This document shows, piece after piece, positions 12,334 through 25,244 of a stretch of 64,000 bases of DNA. The notes beneath the pieces are model-generated. The model saw nothing but the letters and a program-made list of their open reading frames with translations. It did no database searches and was not told the origin of the DNA. The DNA is taken from positions 21,888,001 to 21,952,000 of the forward strand of contig NC_058369.1 in assembly GCF_018350175.1 (NCBI RefSeq). The letters run 5' to 3'. Numbering within the stretch: the first letter of the stretch is position 1; every line of letters starts with the position of its first letter. The stretch is from Felis catus. Its lineage: Eukaryota. A program made the translations under genes and the position numbers.

Positions 12334-12353
12334 ATTATTAATTATTATTTTTT

Positions 12354-12561
12354 AAAAAAATTTATTTATTTTTAAGAGAGAGAGAGACACAGAGCATGAG
12401 TGGGGAGTGGCATAAAGAGAGAGAGACACACAGAATTCAAAGCAGGCTCCAGGCTCTGAGCTATTAGCACAGAGCCCAATGTGGGGCTCAAACTCATAAA
12501 CTATGAGGCCATGACCAGAGCTGAAGTTGGATGGTTAATGAAGTGAGCCACCTGGGTGCCC
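12354..12561 (-). mobile_element. CanSINE
   Basis: SINE body ending gagccacctgggtgccc. Confidence 0.93.
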
Positions 12562-12564
12562 TAA

Positions 12565-12595
12565 TTTATTTATTTTTTAATGTTTATTTATTTAT

Positions 12596-12646
<51 letters not shown>

Positions 12647-12806
12647 ATGTGAAAGCAGAGGAGGGGCAGAGAGAGTGGGAGAGAGAGAATCCCAAGCAGG
12701 CTCTGCACTGTCAGCACAGAGCCCCACAACATGGGGCTTGAACTCATGAATCATGAGCTGAAATCAAGAGTTGGACACATAATAGACTGAGCCACCCAGG
12801 TGTCCT
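12565..12806 (-). mobile_element. CanSINE with long (GA)n
   Basis: SINE body ending gagccacccaggtgtcc. Confidence 0.93.
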
Positions 12807-12898
12807 CCCCCTTTTTTTATGGTAGTCATCCTAATGGGTATGAGGTGATAACTCATTGTAGTTTTGATTTACATTTCCCTGATAACTGAGACCTTAAT

Positions 12899-13118
12899 TT
12901 TATTTTTAATTTTATTTACTTATTTTTGAGAGAGAGAGAGAGAGCCAGCACCAGTGGGGGAGGGACAGAGAGAAAGAGGGAGAGAGAGAGAATTGCAAGC
13001 AGGCTTCGTGCTACCAGCACAGAGCCTGTTGCAGGGCTCGAACCCACAAAACCATGAGATCCTGACCTGAGATGAAACCAAGAGTTGGATGCTTAGCTAA
13101 CTGAGCCACCCAGGCACC
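12899..13118 (-). mobile_element. CanSINE
   Basis: TSD agaccttaatttta. Confidence 0.95.
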
Positions 13119-13644
13119 TTAAGACCTTAATTTTAAAGAGATCACTCTGGCAGCAGTGAGGTTGGAGGAATGGATAAAAAATATAGTGGAGGAAGAGAGA
13201 CCCTGATAGACATGACTATCCAGAAGTAATGAGGCCTGAGTCAGGATGGTGGGTGGTGAAAATGGAGAAAAGGAAATGGGATGGGAGGGGAATTGAGGAG
13301 ATGAACTCCCCATGACTTGGTGATTAGACGGAGGTTGAAGGAAAGAGAAGGATTTACAAACCAAGGCGCCTACAAAGTAGAACTGGCATGATGTTTTCTT
13401 CAGCAACACCAGATTTTGTACCCCTCCCCCAATATTTCAAGATTTTGCATATTCAAAGTTACCAACTAGCTGGTGGAGAACACCTAGAACTCAGAACCCA
13501 GGCTGCCAGATCGGGTGGGGAGGTGTTTTTTCTACCATATTCTGAGGGCCCCTTGAATGTCTCAGAAATGGGCCAATTGTTATGCTTACGCGAATCAGTC
13601 TTGGGCTCCTTTCCTCAAGGAGTAACTAGTATTTTCAGTTTATG

Positions 13645-14170
13645 ATTTTTTAAAAACAGCTTTATAAAGGTATGATTCACACGCTCTGTAATTCATCCCT
13701 TTAAAGTGTGTAATTCAGTGGTTTTAGTATATTCATAGGTTGTGCAAGTACCACCACAGTCAATATTAGAATCTTTTTATCACCCAAAAAAGAAACCCAG
13801 TACTCATTAGCCTTACTACCCAATACTGCGCCTCCCCCTCCCCCTCCCCCCAGCACTAGGCAACCACTAATCTGTTTCTACAGATTTGCCTATTCTGGAC
13901 CATTTACAGAAGTGGAATTATACAATATGTAGTCTTTTATAATAGGCTTCTTTCTTTTAGTGTGTTTTCAAGGTTTCTCCATGCTGTAGTATGTATTATT
14001 TTTATTATTATTTATTATTTATTATTATTATTATTTATTATCTTTTTATTATTGAATAATATTCCCTCATATGGATATGTCAGATTTTGTTTATCCATTC
14101 ATCAGTTGATGGACATTGGGGTTGTTTCCACTTTTTGGCTAGTAGGGGCAATGCTGCCACAAACAGCCAG
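13645..14170 (-). mobile_element. Old L1 (L1MB-like) 3' UTR
   Basis: tttaaagtgtgtaattcagtggttttagtatattca..tttatccattcatcagttgatggacattggggttgtttcc. Confidence 0.82.
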
Positions 14171-14371
14171 GTACAAATCAATCTATGATTTTAAATGGGA
14201 ATAGCCACCTCATTGGATTGTTGCAAAAATAAAGTGAGACAGGGCATGCCTAGCACCAAGTACAGTGCTTGATATACAAGTGCAAGATAAATGGTGTTTC
14301 CATGTGATGAGGATGGTGATAATGAAGACAGATAATGAAGATCTCCTAAATCTCTTTTAGGAGAGACAGGT

Positions 14372-14615
14372 GTTTTTTAAAATTGAAATATAATTGGCAT
14401 ATAACATTGTATTAGTTTCAGGTGTACAGCATAATGATTTGATATTTGTATACATTATGAAATGGTCACCACAATAAGTTTAATTGGCATCCATCACCAC
14501 ACAGAGTTACGAACCAGTTTTTTCTTGCGATGAGAACTTTTAAGACCTACTCTTTTAGCAGGGTTTGACCATGTAATACAGTGTTCTTAACTGTAGTCAC
14601 CATGCTGGACATTCC
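14372..14615 (-). mobile_element. L1 3' end (L1MA9/L1_Carn-like)
   Basis: ataacattgtattagtttcaggtgtacagcataatgatttgatatttgtatac. Confidence 0.8.
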
Positions 14616-14717
14616 TAGAGGTGATTATTGATGGATGCCAAGCATTTCTTTCTTTCCTTTTGTCCTATTCCCCAGCTTATGTCCATCTTCCCCTTTTAAG
14701 TTTCTCCTTTAAAAAAA

Positions 14718-14923
14718 TTTTTTTTAATGTTTATTTATTTTTTGAGAGAGAGCAAGAGTGAGCAGGGGAGGGGCAGAGAGGAAGGAAGACGCAGACTCTG
14801 AAGCAGGCTTCAGGCTCTGAGTTGTCAGCACAGAGCTCAATGGGGGGCTTGAACCCGCTAACCGTGAGATCATGGCCTGAGCTGAGGTCGGATGCTTAGC
14901 CGACTGAGCCACCCAGGCGCCCC
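14718..14923 (-). mobile_element. CanSINE
   Basis: TSD ttaagtttctcctt. Confidence 0.95.
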
Positions 14924-15979
14924 TTAAGTTTCTCCTTCTTTTCTTTTGTTGTTCTTTCTTCTTCCTCTTCAAGTTATAGTTTAACATTATTGACGATTCC
15001 CTTATGTATTGCTTAGTACCTGGTAGTCTGAGCACAGGGCTGTGGGCTTTGTTACACTTTGGGAATGACCTTGACCAAGTCTTGGGTGCAAGTAGGGCAA
15101 TGCATGGGAAATTATTGCTGTGAAAGTCTAAAGGGATTTTTATGGACCTGAGAGGCTCTATTTAGGTGGCCAGAACTACTGCAAGGTTTTCAGAATTATC
15201 CAAGTTTTATAATTCCTTTTTTATATGCAAAAGCTTGGAGATTTTTGTCCCCAATTGAAGGAGTGCTTGGGTGTTTCTATACTTCCTATGCCAGGTACTT
15301 ATTTTTCATAGGAATTTACCTTAATACTAAATAGATTATTTTTATCAATCCAAAGAAAATGGCAAATTACCATGGAAACAACCTGCATTTCAAAGTTCAA
15401 GTGGTTGAAACATTTTGAGGGCAAAGTTCTATTTTGTTGATAGATTGTTAAATTCATTCCTCTGTAAAATATAGTACTCTGTCCTTTTATGTGAAGAGAG
15501 ACAAATATCTAATTAAATAAATATTACTTGGCATCAAACAATTGATCAAATATTTCAGCGAAGACAGTTTTAGGCTCAGCGTTGGTGGTGGACGGTGTCT
15601 GCATTTGAAACTCCCTTTCATATTAATGCAATATGTCATTGATCTCTCTCTTTGCTACATACAGAGGAACAGAGATGATTCTTTTCTGTAGGACCTCAAA
15701 GGCAGAAGCTGAACTGACATGGCAGAGGAAAGGAACTCAGATTCATTAGGCTTTTTTGAAAGCATGTTATGTGGGTATACTTTTTCTGACTAAATTGATG
15801 GCTTATTTGCTTTTGAAGTATGAAAGAGACCAACAGTTACCTGAGAGAAACCCCAACCCTGGGAGCAAGGCTGGCCTGCCTTTGGGAGTTCTTAGTACTT
15901 TGTGGACTGCTTGGTTTTGTGAACTGCTTCTCCAAACAAAACACTGAATGCAAATTTGTTTTAAAAATTAAGTTGTTTT

Positions 15980-16200
15980 GGGGAGCGTGGGTGGCTCAGT
16001 CAGTTAAACGTCTGACTTTGGCTCAGGTTATCATCTCACAGTTTCTGGGTTCGAGCCCCACGTTGGGCTCTGTCAGCTGTCTGTGCTGACAGCTCAGAGC
16101 CTGCTTCAGATTCTATGTCTCCCTCTCTCTCTGCCACTCCCTGGCTTATGCTCTCTCTCTCTCTCTCTCTCTCTCAAAAGTAAATAAACATTAAAAAAAT
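15980..16200 (+). mobile_element. CanSINE
   Basis: gggagcgtgggtggctcagtcagttaa..(CT)n..A tail; TSD aaaattaagttgtttt. Confidence 0.95.
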
Positions 16201-16979
16201 TAAAAATTAAGTTGTTTTTCATGCTCCAAGAAGTGAACTTGTATGAGTAAACACTCTGGACCTACTGTCATTGTGTCAACATCAGGAATGGAGCAGTAGA
16301 CGACGAAAGCATGCCTTTCAGGTCCTTCTGACCTTCTGGAAAAGATCTAGATGAGTAATATACTATATCAGAAGAGCTAAAAGGCAATAAGAAAATGATA
16401 AAAGATAAAAACCACAGAATTCAAGAAACGACTAGAATTCAAAGGAGAAAAATAATTTTAGAAAAGGAGGCCAAACCAGGATGAATGCTACAGCAGACAT
16501 AATAGAAGGTTTAAAGAATTATAATTTAAAAACCAAAAAGAAAAGAAGAAAGAAAAAGGACTTGAGAGAAGTGACAAATGCAGATGGTAAATAAGGTCTG
16601 AAATATGGATAATAGGAGCCACTGGAGAAGAGCCAAGAAATGGAATGGAACATGTGTTAGAACTGAAAATCAAGATAAGTTTCCTGAAATATTTTCTGGA
16701 ATGTTTTGTACTACAGATTGGAAGAGTACACCATGTGCTGAAGAATACTGACCCAGATCTACCAATAGCAGCACTTATTCTAGAACAATCGCTGGACTTT
16801 AAAGAACAATAAAATTCTTCTTGGGGCAGTTAGGCACAAGTAGCATGTGACTCATGAAGGAAAGAAAATCAGATTATTGCCAGAGTTTTGACAGCAAAGT
16901 TTTATTCCAGAAGAAAACGGAATAATATATTTACGATACTCGAGGAAAGAAAATGTGAGTGAAGGGGTTCTGAAAATTA

Positions 16980-17166
16980 AATGTTTATTTATTTATTTTG
17001 AGAGCGAGAAAGAGAGAGAAAGAGAGAGTCAGAGGGAGAATCCCAAGCAGGATCCTCACTGTCAGCGCAGAGCCTGATGTAAGGCTCAATCCCATGAACC
17101 GTGAGATCATGACCCGAGCTGAAATCAAGAGCCAGCTGCCTAACTGACTGAGTCACCCAGGACCCC
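16980..17166 (-). mobile_element. CanSINE
   Basis: Ends gagtcacccaggacccc. Confidence 0.93.
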
Positions 17167-18492
17167 AGAATGAAAGGTTTTATATCCAGTAAGATTGACA
17201 CAAACTTGATCAACTAGCAGGAACTCGGGGAATACTGTTTTCATGCGCCCTCATTAGAGTATCTGCTGGTGATCAAGTCCACTGCATAGGTTAGGGAGAC
17301 ACTGACACAAGACTGATGGTGAGATACACGTTTACTTGTAGAGCTAAGGCTTAATGAGGGTTAAAAGAGGGAGATTATAATATGTAAAGGTAATATGATC
17401 TATCAACATAGATCTAGTAAAACATTGAAAAAGAGGAGAGAATGAGGTCTAAGAAAATTTTTTTAAACTATTTTCTCTAATCATAACTGGGAGTGACATT
17501 ATTTTTATGATTCTGAGACTCTACAGTTATTATAGGCTAGAGTAAATAATGGGATATTCTGTTCAATCATCCTCTGGGTCCTTGAGAAGTAGGGTTCTTA
17601 GTATGGAAGAAAGGAAATACAATCCCCCAGGAGCAAGGAGCAGCTCTAGTACCCAGAGGATGGTCTTGAAATACTATGTTTCATTAAAAGAAACTAGGGC
17701 TTCTTGGAGAAATGGCTGATTCTAGGTCTGGAGTAGGAAATGTACAGATGAACCGGAGCATCTCGGCCTACCATGTGGCAGAGAGGCTTTCAAAGACTAC
17801 CGAGTACGGACAAAAGGCTCAGCAGCCATTTTGAAAGAGGCTTCTACAGGTCAAGGGTGAAACAATTTGAACCTCAATGAGGGTAATGCTTAAATATGTG
17901 TAAACCCATTGATTCATAATAATACCCAAAAAGAACACTAATTGGCCACCTTCTGAAGATGACAGATTACCAATTTATTGTGGTGAAAACTGTGAATAAA
18001 AACAAAGAATTGACCGTTTATCTTGCCTGTCCTTTATCAACTGTGCAACTAAGTAACCAAATGGTAGATGAGGGGAAACATCTTTTTGTAAAATCATTCC
18101 ATCCCACCAATGAAAAAAAATGTGATAAAATTAAATACCACCATCCCATCTATCTCAAATGAATAAGCAAACCTGGGCACTGAGCACAAACAGCTGCCAG
18201 CAGTAAAAAGAGAGAAAAGCAGACACTTTGTACCTCCTGCTGAAAGAACACACCACCGCTTCGTCTTGTCAAAAGGATGGACTCTGAGCATCATCCATCC
18301 TCTGGGTCCAGAGGCCAATTTGCAGGGAATACAGAGGATAGAGGAACGCGCTGAACCGCACCACGAGTACGCGGCCATTGGCGTCCAGATTGGAGGAAAC
18401 TCCACAGGTGAAACAGTGTAGGTCTTTCAACAGATATGGTGTAAGGAGGAGAATGGGACAGAGTGGGGTATACTGAGTTAAAAAGGGGAGCA

Positions 18493-18621
18493 GGAGTGCT
18501 CGGATGGCTCAGTCGGTTAAGCGTCCAACTCTTGATTTTGGCTCTGGTCATGATCTTGCAGTTTGTGAGATAGAGCCCCTGCTTGGGATTCTCTCTTCCT
18601 CCTCTCTCTGCCCCTCCCCTG

Positions 18622-18665
<44 letters not shown>

Positions 18666-18730
18666 CTCTCTCTCTCTCTCTCTCTCACTCAAAGTAAATA
18701 AATAAACTTAAAAAAACAACTTAAAAAAAT
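18493..18730 (+). mobile_element. CanSINE containing (CA)n(CT)n
   Basis: TSD aaaaaggg(g)agca. Confidence 0.93.
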
Positions 18731-19157
18731 TAAAAAAGGGAGCAAACTAAACTACTGTGCACACTTGGGTGATAAAACCATAATGTAGCACAAGAAGGTG
18801 ATTAGAACTCTAGAGGCAGAGATGGAGGCTGTGATTAGGGGCACATGGAAGGTAGTTCACCAAGGGTTCTATTGTTAATACATTACTACACTGGCTTTAT
18901 CGCATATGTGGCTGTGTATCCACCCCGCCTTCCATCCATCAGTCCATCTAATTTTCGGATGCATTTCAAAGCACATTTTAGACATTTGTAAACTTCTCTT
19001 TCAGTACTTCAGTACTTCAATATCCTTAACTAGAGTTCAATATTTACTTAGTGTTTTTTGATGTAAAATTTACATAAAATGAAATTCACAAATTTGAGTT
19101 TTGACAAAGGCACCTACACCCCTGTAACTCAAACTCCCATCAAGATGTACATTTCAT

Positions 19158-19402
19158 GGGGATCAAGATGTACAAAATTCTAGTTATAAAATAAGTAAGT
19201 CATGGGGATGCAAAGTACAGCATAAGATCATCGATGCTATTGTAACAATGTTGTATGGTGACAAATGGTAACTGTCCATTTATCACAGTACATTTATCAC
19301 GGTGAGCACGGCATAATGTATGGAATTATTGAATCACTATATTGTGCACCTGAAACTAATATAACATTGTATGTCAGGTATGCTTCAATAATAAAAAAAA
19401 TT
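19158..19402 (+). mobile_element. L1 3' end (L1MA9/L1_Carn-like)
   Basis: agttataaaataagtaagtcatggggatg..cacctgaaactaatataacattgtatgtca..A tail. Confidence 0.8.
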
Positions 19403-19639
19403 TAAAGATATACTTTATCATCGTCCCCCAAAATTCCCCTCATGTTCCCTCCAGTTCTCTAAATATGAATGTATTTTTTCTCAAGTGATCAAATTTAAGA
19501 ATGAAATTGATTTTCTTTAGAGTGAAATGAAAAAAAAAATGGCATGTTTTACTTCCTCTCTCAATCCCCTGACATTGCCAATTTTTGTAGATCTACTCCA
19601 GGAACCTCACTTTGGATGGTTAGTAATCGTAGTACTGAA

Positions 19640-19880
19640 AGGCAGCATGGAATGGTGGTTAAGGTTCTGGAACCAGACTGCCTGAAATCCCAGCTCTTTC
19701 CCTTATAAGTGTGACATTGCTTACTTAACTCTTCTGCCTCAGTTTCCTCCTTTGACAGATGGGGATAGTAATATCTTCATCAAAGTCTGGTAGTGAGGAT
19801 TAAGTGAGGTAATATACGTAAAGCACTTACAACAGTACCTGGCACATAGTAAACAAGATATAAGTGCTTGCTATTTATGT
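19640..19880 (+). mobile_element. MIR
   Basis: cctcagtttcctcctttgacagatggggatagtaat..gaggattaagtgaggtaatatacgtaaagcactt..cctggcacatagtaa. Confidence 0.8.
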
Positions 19881-22596
19881 TATTAAATTACCATTTGCTT
19901 TGTGTGTTATTTCTTTCAAGAACTATTTGAGGATTGCTTTCAGATTTAAAATTACATTACCAAAAATTATATTAATGACAACTCTCCAGACTTAACTAAA
20001 TTTGAAGGTCGATTGGAGACATCCAATGCCTTAACTCTGGGTCATCCATGTAATTTGGAACAATTTGCTCTAGAATCCTCTGGAGACCATCCGTCTTGTA
20101 TGGATTCTATGTGGTTTTTGGGGAAGCCATATACCTTCTCTCTTTAGTTTCCTCTTCTATGAGATGTAAGGAATATTATAGATTCACACAGGAGATTCAT
20201 CAGACTCATCATAGGAACTGCTTGGTTATAAATTAGATTAGTCATGTGAAAACCTGTGGAAGTCTCAGGGAAATCAATACTCTACAAATGCCTCTGGTTG
20301 TTGGTATTCATCATTCTCCAAGTGAGCCAGTCCTTTTTATGACACAGGCTTACCACAGGGTCAGTCTGCAGAAGATCCATTATCAGTATCTCCTTTTTCT
20401 TTCTTCCTTGAGTCATCCTCTCCCCAAATGCCCCCCCGGCTCCACCACCACCTTCCAGCCACTTTTCCTGTACAACATGGTCAGCAGCCATGACGACAGC
20501 TCCAGCCTACCCAGGACTCTTACAGAGGCTGGATCTATCTTTTCTCTGTGAGAGAGTAGGAAGACTTGTATCATTTTTTTCCCCAAAATACTTAGCTTTG
20601 CAGCTATGGAATTTAGTGTAGTCATTTGGAATTCTCTTAGATTTTTACCTTGTGAATTTTTACTCCTATGTGATCAAAACCTCTGAGGTTTACTGACAGA
20701 ATGTGCAGCAGATACTTTATTCCATCGTGATGGATTTTTTGGATGATGTTAAAAAACTCATTTTCTGCCTTTCAAGACTCCTTAATTTTTCCTTTCTTTC
20801 AGTTAAGAAACACATCACAACTGTCAATATCTATTGTCTTATTAATAAATCAGATTAAATTTTGACTTTTATTTTATATTTCATATGGTCTTTGCTTAGG
20901 TCATGTTAAAAATTTCAAAGATTCAGTAGAATCTTATATATCCTATTACATTAAAAAAATTTAAATATCCAATATATGAATTAATGCCTAATAACAAAAT
21001 ATGAATTCATAGTAATTCTAACAAACTGGAAGGGAACATGCCATTAAAGAAGGGACTCTAAAAACACAGCTGGGATGGTCCTCAGTCTACAGAGGTTCAA
21101 GTATGTCATTTCTGCAGAACGGTTAGACTTTTCCCTTCCTTTCTGGTGTTCCTCTTCTAATAGTCTGTCTTATGTCTCTACTGTGTTCCTTATTACTATC
21201 TCTACCTATGAGTTACTCCAGCCTGTAGTCTCATGGCTGGCCACACTTATATGAGAGAAAAGCAGTTGGATTGTCAATTATGCCTCTTTATCTTCCGCTC
21301 ACATGGGCTCCCACACCACAGATGCACATGTTTCTTGCAACTGAGAGTACCTTATCCTCAAAGATAGACAGAAAACTCATCTGACCCACACCCACTAGCT
21401 CTCATCTGGTCTGTGAATTCCTGGGCACTTGTGTTCTCATGGTCACCTCTAGAATAACTTATTGTTCTTTGGAACTAAAGATTTCACTCAGGTCTCACTG
21501 TCGTTCAGATGTTCTTCTTTCTCTCCTTGACGCTTGCCTAGACATGGAACACAATGTTTTTCTTTGCAAATCCCAAAAACCCCTTCTGCATAAGGCACAG
21601 ATTTATAACTGCATGGCAAAGAATTTAAAAAAGTAGTTATCAGAGACTCCTGTCCTTCATCAATGTATCTCCATGGGTGTCACCTCCCTGCTGTCCCACT
21701 GCTCTATCTTGTCTGCCACTTCTCTTTTCTTACATCTCCACTCAGTCTCATCACCAAGTTTCTGTTTATGTCTTGGGCAGAAGAGTTTAGTTATCTCTTG
21801 GTCTCCCAGTTTTCTTCTAAGTCATGACTGAGGCCTCACTTTGGGGCACCTAAATCAATGTGTACTGGTACATAAAAGTCCAGGGCTCTGGACAGAATTA
21901 TGCCACTTCCATTGGGTCAGAAGTGATTACAGTCAAAAGTAGTAGTAGTGTTTGTTTTTTCCCTCTACCACTTACTATGTCACCTAGAAGTTGATTAAGA
22001 TCATGTTGGAATTTTGCTAGGAATTAATCTGTTCTTAGCTGATTCTCTTTCTTCAATTCTAAAGTAAAGCACTATAGAAGGCCTTGATTCTAACTTATGG
22101 CAATCAGAATGGGTGAGACGAAAACACTAGATTGACTTCATGTAGTTATTGCTTTTTGTTATACAGTGTGTCTCTGTTGATATTCCTGCATATAACTTAA
22201 TCACTTCTTTATATAATTGAGAGGTGATAGCTTGACTTGATAATACAAATTTATTAAAGTTGAGTTTGGTTGCTGGTTCTGGAACAAGATGGAGTGGATG
22301 CACTTTTCCCTGGTCCTTTTCCTTAAATACAACTACACACACTGTGAATTATTGAACAGACAGTGATAAAGGGACTCTGAAGGCTAGAAAGTAGAAGCAC
22401 ACTGGTAGAAAAATTTAGGATATGAGGAAGAACGTGGTGAGTTTCCTGAGTTCTCTTTTTGTCTCTATCATACCCCTGGCCCAGTGCTAGAGAGGCCTGC
22501 AATCTGGAACCAACAATATGGTGAAAGACTTAGACTCACCTATTCAAGAAGTGAGTGAACTCCAAATAAGACAAAAAAAGAAATCCACATCAACTT

Positions 22597-22790
22597 CTTT
22601 TTTAAAAAAAAATGTTTATTTATTTTTGACAGGGTTGGGGGAGGGGGCAGATAGAAGGGGAGACAGAGGATCCAAAGTGGGCTCTGCACTGACAGCACAG
22701 AGCCTGATGCAGGGCTCGAAGTCATGAACTATGAGATCATGACCTGAGCTGAAGTGGGATGCCCAGCCAACTGACCCACCCAGGCACCCC
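22597..22790 (-). mobile_element. CanSINE
   Basis: Ends cacccaggcacccc. Confidence 0.93.
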
Positions 22791-22845
22791 TCTACACCAG
22801 CTTCTGAAATCTACCCACTTTTGAAAACTAGAAGAGAAAAAAGAT

Positions 22846-22898
22846 CTTTATTTTTATTTATTTTTTTGTAGAGAGAGAGAAAGCATAAGTGGGAGAGG

Positions 22899-22932
<34 letters not shown>

Positions 22933-23056
22933 CCTAAAGTAGGCTCCATGCTCAGTGTGGAGCCTGATGGTGGGCTTGATCCTACAACCCTGGGATCATG
23001 ACCTGAGCTGAAATCAAGAGTTGGACGCTCAACCAACTGAGCCACCCGGACTCTCC
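22846..23056 (-). mobile_element. CanSINE
   Basis: TSD aaagatcttta. Confidence 0.93.
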
Positions 23057-23694
23057 TAGAAAGATCTTTAAAGCAGCCAAAGAGAATTGACATAGTTATC
23101 TGTAAAAGAACACCAACTTAACTAACAGCAGATTTCTCCTCTGAAACCAAGGGGTCCAGGGGGAAGTGATGCAGCATTTCTCGAATGCTGAGAGAAAGGA
23201 ATTGCCAGCCCCAAATCCTGTATTGAGACAGATTACCCTTCAAGAATGAAGGGGAAATAAAGACATTCTCAATCAAAGAAAAAGTAAGAGAATTTGTTGC
23301 TAGCAGACCTATCATTAAAGAACGGATAAAGAAAACTCTAGACGGACACACACATACACACACTAACAGAAGAAGGCTGGGACCTTCAGAAAGGGTAGAA
23401 GAACAACAGAATAAGTAAAAACACACGTGAACATAATAGAATACACTGTAACACCATCTGAAGTGGTGCCCAACATATGTAGAGGAGATAATATTGTAAA
23501 ATGGGGGTAGCAAAGCAACCTAAATGGAAACAAGTTTTCTACACTTCATTTTTCACTTGAAAATGTCAGCACAAGGAGGCTGTGATAAGTTCCACATATC
23601 TGTAAGGCAACGCCTACGGTAACCAACACAAAACTATAAAACAGTATATTAGAAAATATCATAAAACAAATAAAAATGGAACTCTAAATAAATG

Positions 23695-24225
23695 TACCCA
23701 AAGAATTAAATATATATCCCAAAGAACTGAAAGCAAGGACTCAGATACTCACACACCAGTGCTCATAGCATCAGTCACAGTAGCCAAAAAGTGGGAACAG
23801 CCCAGATGTCCACCAATGGACCAGGTGTCCATTGTGTATACACACAATGGAACATTAATCACCCTTAAAAAGGAAGGAAATTCTGACACGTGCTACCAAA
23901 TGGATGAACCATGAAGACATTATGCTGAGTGAAATAAGCCAGACACAAAAGAACAAATACTGTATGATTCACCTCCTAGGCGGTACTTAGAATGGTCAGA
24001 TTCATAGAGAGGAGAACAAGTGCTTTCCAGCGGATGGCAGGCGGGGTCATTAGGAGTTGCAGCTTCATGGTTAGAGAGTTTTTGTTTGGCGTGAGGAAAG
24101 GGTTTTGGAAGTAGATAGTGGTAGTGGTTGCACAAGATTGTGAACATACTTAATGGTCCTGAATCCTACACTTAAAATGATTAAAATGGCTAATTCTATG
24201 TTGTTTACACATTTTACTACAATGA
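23695..24225 (+). mobile_element. Old L1 (L1MA/MB-like) ORF2 end + 3' UTR
   Basis: cccaaagaactgaaagca..gacattatgctgagtgaaataagccagacacaaaag..cacttaaaatgattaaaatgg. Confidence 0.82.
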
Positions 24226-25244
24226 AAGGAATGTGGTTAAGAACATGCAGCTCCTGGAACCCACCGGCAAGGACTGGTAAGAGGGAAGAGACAGGTGGCT
24301 TATCGCTATCCCCTAGGGGCCAGTACTAGAGAAGCTGTGCTCCAGCTAGGTCTGCTGAACAGCCCGTGTTTGGTGGAGTCTTAAGCTATGAAGACAAGGC
24401 ATGGCAAGAAAAGCTACCTTCTGAACGGTGAGGATCTTTATGAAGAACCTCAGTTCTCAGCCACAAAGTCAGCTAAACTTGGTGTAAGCTGGTGAGTGGG
24501 GACAGATTTGCATCATGTATTTTCCCTCTGGTGTTTTTCACAATACGCATCTGATGATCAGCTGTGGAATGTTAAAGTAGATGTGCTGATCTGGAGAAGA
24601 GAGAGAGAGAGCTCAGGGTTTTCAGCCAGGGTTACTGGAAACCCTCATGGTGACCTTGTCTGACTTCACTCCTTTTGTTCTCATTCATTCATTACGCCTA
24701 CGTCCCTGAGCCACCTGCCATCTCAGGAGAATGAAATTCTTAGGCTTCACTGCACCGTAGGGTCAGTGTGTCGCAGTCTAAGTGACTGGGGATGCTGGAG
24801 AAGTGGGCTAACATGTGGAGCGAAAGTTCCTTCCCAACACCAAGATTCCCAGGGCCCCTTGGGTTGCACAAAGAAGCTTGTTTTGATGGGGTTTTGGCTG
24901 AGTTATCTCTGAAGTTTGGCTGTTGAAAGATTCATTTGGCCTTAGCCTAATAAAACAACCAAGAGAACATTAATATATTACAGGAAAGATAAATACCCTG
25001 TCTTTAAGAACAAGATCCTACATATAAGCATTTGGGGCACATTTTGCATATGGTTATGCTGACCTATTAAATGTACCAATTAAGTTCATTGACACTACTT
25101 TCTGTTTTAATATATCCAGGTGTGTTGAATCCCATGCAATTTATTTCTGAGGAATCATCTGATACTGTGCATTGCTAGCTGGCAGATCATTTATTCGTTA
25201 AGCATTGAATCAATTAGTATGCATGAGGTCCTTTGCTATATATA

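Larger units (their letters stand above)
16350..18900 (+). mobile_element. Old L1/HAL1 relics (ORF1-like A-rich part, then L1MC4/5-like 3' region)
   Basis: A-rich degenerate ORF1-like sequence (aaggaaagaaaatcagatt..ccagaagaaaacggaataatatattt) and L1MC-type motifs (tagggcttcttggagaaatggctgattctaggtctgg). Confidence 0.6.
22280..23690 (+). mobile_element. Old L1 5' UTR/ORF1 relics (rearranged)
   Basis: caagatggagtgga 5'-end motif; ORF1-like ttcaagaatgaaggggaaataaagacattctc..aagagaatttgttgctagcagacct. Confidence 0.65.

Noticed and set aside
20050..21460. Possible LTR-derived relics
   Set aside because: Looks repeat-like but I could not assign a family or boundaries with confidence.
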